From Octopus bimaculoides (lineage: Eukaryota): 64,000 nucleotides of DNA. The stretch is from assembly GCF_001194135.2 (NCBI RefSeq), contig NC_068981.1, positions 41,803,314-41,867,313 of the forward strand, written 5' to 3'. The first letter of the stretch is position 1; every line of letters starts with the position of its first letter. Both the position numbers and the translations under genes were made by a program. Below are positions 12,701 through 20,612 of this stretch, piece after piece. Below the pieces are notes generated by a model that saw only the letters and a list, made by a program, of their open reading frames with translations, was not told where the DNA came from and made no database searches.

Positions 12701-15670
12701 GGGATTTGAAAAAGTTTGATANNNNNNNNNNNNNNNNNNNNNNNNNNNNNNNNNNNNNNNNNNNNNNNNNNNNNNNNNNNNNNNNNNNNNNNNNNNNNNN
12801 NNNNNNNNNNNNNNNNNNNNNNNNNNNNNNNNNNNNNNNNNNNNNNNNNNNNNNNNNNNNNNNNNNNNNNNNNNNNNNNNNNNNNNNNNNNNNNNNNNNN
12901 NNNNNNNNNNNNNNNNNNNNNNNNNNNNNNNNNNNNNNNNNNNNNNNNNNNNNNNNNNNNNNNNNNNNNNNNNNNNNNNNNNNNNNNNNNNNNNNNNNNN
13001 NNNNNNNNNNNNNNNNNNNNNNNNNNNNNNNNNNNNNNNNNNNNNNNNNNNNNNNNNNNNNNNNNNNNNNNNNNNNNNNNNNNNNNNNNNNNNNNNNNNN
13101 NNNNNNNNNNNNNNNNNNNNNNNNNNNNNNNNNNNNNNNNNNNNNNNNNNNNNNNNNNNNNNNNNNNNNNNNNNNNNNNNNNNNNNNNNNNNNNNNNNNN
13201 NNNNNNNNNNNNNGCAATCATGGAGTATCTACTACTCAATTGCTTCTGTGAATAACAATAAATTTAGGATTGTATTCAAGTAGCTCAATTTCTTCTATTA
13301 AAGGATCACTTTTGTATTGTGCATTTTTTTTTATAAAGACAAGATCAGGAGAAATTGATCAAGATGTAAAAGAAAATGACAACTAAAATGAAAAAAAAAA
13401 AATTATGACGAATTTCATGGTTGGCAGTTGAGAGCAGAAATCACACTGAGTGAAGTACTCCAGCATGAATATCTTCCAATAGGGATTTGAAAAAGTTTGA
13501 TAATTTTAGGCAAATAGTACTGACTTCCACATTGTTTGATTTGTTCTTTAGCAGTGTTCATTTCTATGGCTGCAAAGGGTGGTTTTACTTGGTACAATTC
13601 CTTATTTTAGAAAATTTTTCACTTTCATAGACATGAAATGAACTCCTTTATCATGGTGGGTAACACTGAGAGTTTCAGCAGGAGAAAAGAGCAGTTTGAA
13701 AGGTGATATTTGCACAAGGAAATAAAGAAGGTTAAATATAAATATTCATAAATCTAAAAAGTATTTCTTTTGAAATATCAACTGTTTAGGTCCCACAAAA
13801 TTTAATGAAATGCTTTCAATAGCTTCCTTGAGATAGTGTTGCAGCTAGAGTAGTGTTGACACGTCAGTCTCATCTGTAAGTAGAATGGAGTTGTCAACTT
13901 CAATAATTTTGAAAATGATAACTTCTAGAGGAATTTGGAAACTGGCATAAGATTTGCTTTAATAGACTAACAACCCAATGATCATTTCAAGTTCCCTTTT
14001 ATAAGTAGGAACTTTAAATGGAAGCAACATAGAAGGATTGAAAGTTATTCTGTGATTCTGATTGTAATACCAAGGAATTTTATGTTTGTTGTGTTAAAAT
14101 GCATTCTTTGCTAGATAAATTTAAATTTAGATCTTTGGCACATGACAAGAATGCAGTATAACATGATATATATTTAAATTATTGCCTGAATATGAATTTT
14201 TCAATAATTGCATTACAATCTGTAACAAGAAGTAAAAATAAAAGTGATTCAATAAGAAATTGAGGGTTTTTTGTCAAAGAATAAATAAATATTTCCCAGT
14301 TTATTAAATTATATTGGCACTGTCATGGTATTAGCTGTCAGAAGCGAAAGTAGAAAAATCTAAACAAGGAATGTTACTGCTGGTTTGAGTTGAAATCTGT
14401 TTCTTTGGCTACTGACTGGCCGGAGCTATCTATCTATCTATCTTTCTGTCTGTCTATCTCTCTATCACTCGTCCACCTTCGTTTGTTTCCGTAGAATTTA
14501 TCAAATTAGAAAAAAAAAAAAACTTTTTGGCTATTTCCNNNNNNNNNNNNNNNNNNNNNNNNNNNNNNNNNNNNNNNNNNNNNNNNNNNNNNNNNNNNNN
14601 NNNNNNNNNNNNNNNNNNNNNNNNNNNNNNNNNNNNNNNNNNNNNNNNNNNNNNNNNNNNNNNNNNNNNNNNNNNNNNNNNNNNNNNNNNNNNNNNNNNN
14701 NNNNNNNNNNNNNNNNNNNNNNNNNNNNNNNNNNNNNNNNNNNNNNNNNNNNNNNNNNNNNNNNNNNNNNNNNNNNNNNNNNNNNNNNNNNNNNNNNNNN
14801 NNNNNNNNNNNNNNNNNNNNNNNNNNNNNNNNNNNNNNNNNNNNNNNNNNNNNNNNNNNNNNNNNNNNNNNNNNNNNNNNNNNNNNNNNNNNNNNNNNNA
14901 GACAGACAGATAGCTCCGGCCAGTCAGTAGCCAAAGAAACAGATTTCAACTCAAACCAGCAGTAACATTCCTTGTTTGGATTTTTCTACTTTCATTTCTG
15001 ACTGCTAATACCATGACAGTGCCCTTTCAGGGTCGATAAAACAAGTTGAATACTGAAGTCGATGTAATCGACTTACCCCTCCTTGAAATTGCTGGTTTTG
15101 TGCAAAATTTGAAATCAATATTAGTTTTGCATGTTCAGTCGATTGTGAAGAAGACAATTCCACTGCTGTTCAGTCCCGGTCAAACTTGATCAAGCAATCC
15201 TATGATGAAAGACAATTCAGACTAGACATCCTGTCTTTTAGGAGATATCTAAGACTATATCAACAAACGAGATCTTTTTTAAAGACAGTTGGGGGTTGAT
15301 ATTTAAGGGAAATTTTGTTGCTACTTCTAAAAGATCGGGCGACCACTTAATTTATGATGTAAACAATATTCCAGACGAAAATAAAGAAACTTGATTATTC
15401 TTCAACAATCATTCCGATTCACATATGATATTATATAAATACAAAATAGGAATCAAGCAGTAAATGTATTTTGAAAAAGGAATGAAAAAATAAAATATTA
15501 CATTAATTAAACGTTTTCACACCGCAAGTGAATAAAGGAAGTCATTCATATTTCTCTAATTATTAATATACTAACCGAGCTATTTCTTGGTGATAATCAT
15601 AATTTTCGTCTTGTAACACCCATTCATTCTTCCCCAGGAGTGGATTGAACTGGGAAACGAATATACTCAT
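1..15670 (-). CDS. PRMT7: Protein arginine N-methyltransferase 7, spliced gene, 3' part outside window; complement join(15576-15670,11845-11881,10380-10529,9689-9797,8021-8133,6426-6658,5258-5471,2529-2659,<1-59)
   Basis: Manual splicing gives one open frame: [49 protein letters not shown]...[15 protein letters not shown]...[12 protein letters not shown]...[20 protein letters not shown]...-WWDLDMD...CAPYWAHP...[11 protein letters not shown]...HDEYSWWF-...PVCSCGIHL. It contains SAM-binding motif I, the double-E loop and the WRDHWMQ segment typical of PRMT7. All introns are GT-AG with compatible phases. Confidence 0.96.
1082..2495 (+). mobile_element. 5'-truncated RTE-clade LINE (RT C-terminal half and 3' UTR), in PRMT7 intron
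   Basis: Broken frames: [39 protein letters not shown]; [20 protein letters not shown]; [19 protein letters not shown]...[14 protein letters not shown]; 3' UTR ends in (GAT)n. Confidence 0.9.
2529..2659 (-). CDS. PRMT7: PRMT7 coding exon 8 (131 nt)
   Basis: caag|TGG...GA|gtaagt; [43 protein letters not shown]. Confidence 0.95.
2997..3600. repeat. Cluster of three copies (two +, one -) of a third about 190-bp interspersed repeat with an (AAC)n tail; more copies near 230-400, 5840-6060, 8810-8980, 15160-15350, 28740-28870, 38270-38470, 38730-38900, 40120-40270, 44560-44730, 45845-46030
   Basis: Recurring motifs gctagaaatagcagcyaaatctccctcaaatcacaccc...gtcttaaaa...gataatgtagtcctaga...ctaaacaacaacaac. 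Confidence 0.65.
3604..4043 (+). mobile_element. tRNA-derived SINE family 1 (CORE/OR-like, internal microsatellite), near full length
   Basis: A-box-like TGGCTGTGTGG, B-box-like GGTTCAGTCCC, CCTTGGGCAAG core, internal (TA)/(TG), tail AAGTAAAAGAG. Confidence 0.85.
4820..5170 (-). mobile_element. RTE 3'-tail fragments / RTE-tailed SINE pieces; related pieces at 8225-8355 (+), 23325-23430 (-), 25370-25510
   Basis: Reverse complement of 2330-2490 (gcatccagctgtagaaac...catgccagcatggaaaac...gatgatgatg). Confidence 0.75.
5258..5471 (-). CDS. PRMT7: PRMT7 coding exon 7 (214 nt)
   Basis: tttctag|C...CAG|gtatga; FDFSDK...[37 protein letters not shown]. Confidence 0.93.
6426..6658 (-). CDS. PRMT7: PRMT7 coding exon 6 (233 nt)
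   Basis: ttgctag|CCT...TTTG|gtatgt; [19 protein letters not shown]...LHDLQLNQL...ITDPITVF. Confidence 0.93.
8021..8133 (-). CDS. PRMT7: PRMT7 coding exon 5 (113 nt, double-E loop)
   Basis: ttatag|GT...GAG|gtaagt; [37 protein letters not shown]. Confidence 0.96.
9689..9797 (-). CDS. PRMT7: PRMT7 coding exon 4 (109 nt)
   Basis: cctctag|GCA...GAAG|gtttgt; [36 protein letters not shown]. Confidence 0.95.
10380..10529 (-). CDS. PRMT7: PRMT7 coding exon 3 (150 nt, SAM-binding motif I)
   Basis: ttacag|AAC...GAG|gtttgt; [50 protein letters not shown]. Confidence 0.96.
11141..11360. mobile_element. Tc1/mariner-derived MITE (220 bp) in PRMT7 intron 2
   Basis: Imperfect TIRs TATGAGGGAGTGCTGAGAACTTCCAGGCTTT / AAAGCCAGGAACTTTTCAGCATCCCCTTGTA; TA at both ends. 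Confidence 0.8.
11845..11881 (-). CDS. PRMT7: PRMT7 coding exon 2 (37 nt)
   Basis: tttccag|C...CGA|gtaagt; [12 protein letters not shown]. Confidence 0.93.
12433..13502. other. Probable assembly artefact: identical 289-bp sequence on both sides of an N-gap
   Basis: 12433-12721 equals 13214-13502. Confidence 0.8.
14316..15023. mobile_element. Element with about 113-bp terminal inverted repeats spanning an assembly gap (PRMT7 intron 1)
   Basis: 14316-14428 (GGCACTGTCATGG...) is the reverse complement of 14911-15023 with a few substitutions; (TATC)/(GACA) repeats just inside each arm. Confidence 0.7.
15576..15670 (-). CDS. PRMT7: PRMT7 coding exon 1 (95 nt, start codon)
   Basis: ATG at 15670; [31 protein letters not shown](R); donor CG|gttagt. 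Confidence 0.93.
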
Positions 15671-15975
15671 TGTAGATCGAAGTTGAAAAGCCGTCAAAAC
15701 TGATTTCAACATTAAACAACGTGCTCCAAGACAAAATATCTAGCCAAAAGGGACATAACTCTAGACCATTGATTTCACCCCCTCCTACCATCTTACTCAC
15801 GCAGTTTAATCGACTCAGGGAACATTTTATTGACTTTGAAATTAAAACATCTTAGGGAACGATTGATCTTAGGAAAAGTTAAGGCCAAAAGTGCAAAATA
15901 TGGAATGAGGTAATCAAAATTTACATTTTAACGAGTAGATCACAGGCATACATACACAAGTTTGTCCCTTGAATT

Positions 15976-16700
15976 TATTTCCTCAAAACTTTCAGAAACA
16001 GATATTTTTTAACGGAGTCTTCTGCAAATATAGATGGTACAGATTCCGATTATATCGGATTTCCTTTTTTTTTGTGAATTTCCAAGGGTTAGTGAAAGGA
16101 GTTTCGGAAAATTCGCACATGTTAATTTTGTTTCCTCATAACTTTCAGAAAAATGGGTATTTTTTTCCTGAAAATTTTCCGATACTCCTCTCTCGATTCC
16201 CCGGAAAAAAATTTCACAAATTTCTTACATAATTGGAATCAAAACCATCTGAAAAGTACTGTAGAAGATTTCATTTATAGATTACGATTTATTGGAATTT
16301 AATGCGGTGGGAGGGGGAGGGGGGGCTACACATACATATTGATGCCACAATTTTTTCATAATTTTAAATTTCATTTTGTAGATATATGTGATGTGTGATG
16401 TGTGTGTGCGAGCATACCAGTTTCTTTTCTTTTCATAATAAATTCCTATATAATCGTAATATATAATCGCACCATATGAAAGGTATTTGTAGAAAATTTC
16501 AGAAAAGATACCCATTTTTCTGAAGGTTATGAGGAATCAAAAGCCCACTCAGGTAAATTTTCCTATACTCCTCTCCCGATTCCCCGGAAAACTTTTTCAC
16601 CACAAATTTCTTATATAATTGGAATCTAAACCATCTGAAAAGTACTGCGGAAGATTTCATTAAAAATATCTATTTTTTCTAAAAGTTATGAAAAAACAAA
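15976..16700. mobile_element. Modular foldback/MITE-like element
   Basis: About 38-bp module A at 15976 and 16128 (fwd), 16504 and 16662 (rev); about 100-bp module B at 16015 (rev), 16172 and 16555 (fwd); 15976-16165 is inverted relative to 16504-16700. Confidence 0.7.
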
Positions 16701-16859
16701 GTTGACGGTAGGGGGAGGACCACACTCATGCTTAGATGACATTTTTAAAGGCGTTAATAAAATATAGTTTAAAAAGACATTTATCTAATGAACTATAATG
16801 TTAAACGTGTCGATTCTGGCGATCTCCATAGACTATCGTCCTCCGCAAATCTCAGACAA

Positions 16860-17545
16860 CGGAGATCAAGGGACATCACTAACTATTATCGGTGCAGTGT
16901 GGATGTTATCTATTGTTGGGGCATATTTTGGTTGCAAAAAAGTCATCCCTTGCCGAATATTCTTGGCAACATAACCAAGTCTTCAAAATCTTTGCAAGCA
17001 TACTAAAATATCTATGTATCATTATTAATGAAACGAGATTCAATTTCAAGGTGGACCCTACAGTCTTTCACAAAGTAGGCGAGAAATGATAATGTAGAAG
17101 CGTAAGCAAAGAAAACTTCAAACCCCAATTGTAAAGTCATCCACATGTCTCTAATTATCAATGACATGAAGGTTTAGATGGATTTGGAAAAGTTGCTCCT
17201 CTTCTGAAACCATATTGAAGTAACTTAGCAACATTCTGACTCATAGGCCTGACTTGAAAAAGATAGTACTGATTATTTACTTAACTGTGTTATAGGAAGG
17301 TACTAAGGACTGGCAAGTGTTTAAAGTAGAAGGAACTTACTGATTCGTGATATACGAGGAGTGTGAGTGTACAGTATTTCAAAAGGATAAGGGATGTTTT
17401 GGGGTTGTAACTAAATTTGGCTACAAAGTTAGACATTGGAAGGATAGCAGAGCACTTGCTGAAGAACCACAAACGAAAGCAGAATATGCTTCATCGTAGA
17501 TATGCAGAGAATGGAAATGTATTTTCGACCTGTCAGAATGTTTCT
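16860..17545 (+). mobile_element. Degenerate REL-endonuclease non-LTR retrotransposon (HERO/NeSL-like) C-terminus
   Basis: CGCYLLLGHIL...YSWQHNQVFKIFA...FHKVGEK (CCHC knuckle region), then THRPDL...IVLIIYLTVL (PD..ELTVP core), ending AEYASS*ICREW; stops and frameshifts. Confidence 0.65.
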
Positions 17546-17904
17546 GCAAGCTTCTTTGCATTTACTTACTGTTTATTTTTGCTCTTGCAAAATATATTCC
17601 TTTTCACTGAATTATTGTAACAAACAGAATTTCTTTGTATACATTTTAAAATTCTTAAATTAGAACATATTTTATGTTTTATTCAATATACCAGTCAGTG
17701 TTCTGAATAATATAATCGATTAAAACACTTTTAGTACCACAGCATGGTTGCAGTTCAATGAACGATATTAAAAAGACAATACAGCATAAAATTTTTTAAA
17801 CTAAATCTATTTGAGAAATACAAGGTAAAACGAAAAAAAAAAAAAATGAATAGAAAAGTGGAGGGGCTAGTTTCACTGAGCCTTCAGCCTTTATCAAATT
17901 CAAG

Positions 17905-18020
17905 GGTTTTCAAATTGACATCACCAAAATTTCACTAACATTGGACGGGAGCGGGCTGTCCCGCGAAATTTTTTTCCCACTAGAGTTCCGGACCCTAACT
18001 CTTTGCGAATAGCCAATCAA
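17905..18020. promoter_or_regulatory. Candidate promoter island with E2F, two CCAAT boxes and a CHR-like element
   Basis: GC-enriched patch: TCCCGCGAAA (17959-17968; TTTCGCGG on -), ATTGG 17940-17944, CCAAT 18013-18017, TTCAAA 17909-17914 (TTTGAA on -). Confidence 0.4.
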
Positions 18021-18750
18021 AGCAGAGCCACCTTTATCCTTTCTAGTCAGCACCGTGCATTCTTTACTCTTTCCTTCTCTACTGGTAGACAGCAACCGCT
18101 CCGTCTAGGTTAATGTTTGTTTCTTTTCGTCATTTGAGAATTGAGATGGCTCTGAGGTGTGCTGAAAATAACAGCTAAATAAGATCTTTTTGATAAATTT
18201 TTTTAACTTAAAGTTTATTAGCTAACATCTGGCTAAGTTTTCCTTAGGGACAGTGCGGATTCACAAAACTTAATTGTTATCAACAAAATTAATAACGTTA
18301 GCATGTCGGACGAAATGCTTAGCGGTATTTCGTCTGTCTTTTCATTCTGAGTTCAAATTCCACCGAGGTCCTCTTTGTCTTTCATCCTTTCGGGGTCGAT
18401 TTAATCGACTGGCCTCCTCCCTCCAAATTTCGGGCCTTGTACCTAGAGAAGAATTAATCAATGAAGCGGAGTGACCATGACAACAATTTCCACTTCTACG
18501 GTGCGGATAGTGGCTTAAAATTCATTGTCTAAAAATACGTAACATTAAATGCTTTCAACTTCCTTATAATGGGGCTCATTTTGCAAATGAAAAAGATTAG
18601 ATCCAAAAACGAAAAAGATAACTATTCATATTTTCAGACTTATCTCCTGAATGAATAATAAAGTGGATTCTGACGGAATGTTTGTTATAAAATAAAAGTA
18701 CACTACCGGCAAATACCACTACTTTTAATCATTAAGACAACGAAATAACT

Positions 18751-18762
18751 AGCGCATGCGCA
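18751..18762. promoter_or_regulatory. NRF-1 (EWG/P3A2)-type site upstream of CHCHD4
   Basis: AGCGCATGCGCA matches the palindromic GCGCATGCGC NRF-1 core, about 60 nt before the CHCHD4 ATG. Confidence 0.6.
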
Positions 18763-18821
18763 CTGTTTTCAATTTGCCATGTGAATTACTAGCGTGGTTT
18801 GTGGCCCATTTCTACGCGAAC

Positions 18822-18843
18822 ATGAGTTATTGTCGAAAAGAAG
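18822..18843 (+). CDS. CHCHD4: CHCHD4 coding exon 1 (22 nt)
   Basis: ATGAGTTATTGTCGAAAAGAAG|gtaaga = MSYCRKE(G). Confidence 0.92.
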
Positions 18844-20581
18844 GTAAGAATTAAAAGAGTGATTATTAAATTACGAACTAAATTCCACTTTACAATGTCT
18901 AACGGTTAAAATATTTTATAGTTATATTGCCGATCCATGTTTTTGCTGTCGTTTAATTTATATGCAAATGTTCTGACGACCTGACCTTTACGTTATTCTC
19001 AATGACCTGACCTTTACGTTATTCCCAATAATTAAAAAAATGTTTCGGAAATAAACTGCAAAATTCTGTTTCTATTATTCAAAAGGAAAAAAATAAATTA
19101 AGGGGTACTGATGAAATAGTTAAGTGAACAAAATATGATACGTCTAACATAACTGAGTATATCGTTTAACTTGATATGACATTTTAAAAACATCATTACC
19201 GTAAAAAGGTTTTTCTTCAGTATCATTTTAACATTATTTACAAGTGTTTATTGGTTTAATGTTGATTTATATTAATATTAGTTACATGTCTAATATTGAC
19301 ATTACTTCCAAATCTAACGTCGTGTCTTATCGAAATTATTGTTACCTTACCAAGTGTATACACAAGTTCTGGTATTGGCTCCATTCATCTTATTCCTCAG
19401 TCCAATTATCTGTGTTATATAACCCTAATAAAATGACCCGAACCGACTAAGGGGACCTCTAGTTCGTCCAACGTCCAAATCTCCTTCAAACTACACTTTC
19501 GTCTTAAATCAGGTTATATTGCATTATGTTCATAAAAAGGATGTATTTATGGAATTGTTGTTTAAAATGCTTTATGCAATTAGTTAATTTTTTTTCAGCT
19601 TGACTTTTCAATTTGTTTGTATTTATATTTTCATTTCCTTATGAGGATTAGGATTCGATAAATAAAAGAGGACATTTATTCACAAGCGCCAAATGAAGAA
19701 ACAGTTTTGTTTATATTTATGGACTAGTTTAGATTTTACTCTCTCAATGAATGGAAACCGTAATTTTAACTATTTAGTTCTCGCTTTGTTTATGTATGTA
19801 TTTCTATGGGACACGATTCCAATGGGCAAAAGGGTACCTTCAATTAAATCGGCCACTACGAATGAAATCAAAGTCAGATTTGAATTCAGGTCGTAGGTAC
19901 AAAGCCGGTTATATCACCCTTATATACTGCAGCTATATATTATTTTAGAGTAATCTCCCCTGTATCCAACCTGTTTTTTTTTTTTCTTCACCAAGTGATT
20001 GTCATTACTTTGTCATTGCGCAAACTATGCTGTACCATGTTTATAATTTTACTGCTATTTTTAAGATGTTAGGCGATGAAATTTATTTTTTCCGGTGCAT
20101 AAAGATGTTTCTAATATANNNNNNNNNNNNNNNNNNNNNNNNNNNNNNNNNNNNNNNNNNNNNNNNNNNNNNNNNNNNNNNNNNNNNNNNNNNNNNNNNN
20201 NNNNNNNNNNNNNNNNNNNNNNNNNNNNNNNNNNNNNNNNNNNNNNNNNNNNNNNNNNNNNNNNNNNNNNNNNNNNNNNNNNNNNNNNNNNNNNNNNNNN
20301 NNNNNNNNNNNNNNNNNNNNNNNNNNNNNNNNNNNNNNNNNNNNNNNNNNNNNNNNNNNNNNNNNNNNNNNNNNNNNNNNNNNNNNNNNNNNNNNNNNNN
20401 NNNNNNNNNNNNNNNNNNNNNNNNNNNNNNNNNNNNNNNNNNNNNNNNNNNNNNNNNNNNNNNNNNNNNNNNNNNNNNNNNNNNNNNNNNNNNNNNNNNN
20501 NNNNNNNNNNNNNNNNNNNNNNNNNNNNNNNNNNNNNNNNNNNNNNNNNNNNNNNNNNNNNNNNNNNNNNNNNNNNNNNNN

Positions 20582-20612
<31 letters not shown>

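Noticed and set aside
13415-13597. 60-aa minus-strand ORF appearing twice (also 12634)
   Set aside because: Intronic with no recognisable domain; the repetition comes from the gap-flanking duplicate.
16798-16975. 58-aa ORF with a hydrophobic stretch (LTIIGAVWMLSIVGAYFGC)
   Set aside because: It is an alternate frame of the retrotransposon CCHC region, with no independent support.
17290-17510. Apparent exon with in-frame TGA (EGTKDWQVFKVEGTY*FVIYEEC...) suggesting a selenoprotein
   Set aside because: It lies inside the decayed HERO-like REL domain, matches no selenoprotein motif I know, and no SECIS or partner exons were seen.
17330-17530. Possible minus-strand UTR exon (ag...gtaagt) of PRMT7
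   Set aside because: Weak acceptor, antisense to a LINE relic, and cannot be supported without transcripts.
17869-17890. CTGAAGG...GAAAC hammerhead-like words on the minus strand
   Set aside because: No stem II and an incorrect core; chance match.
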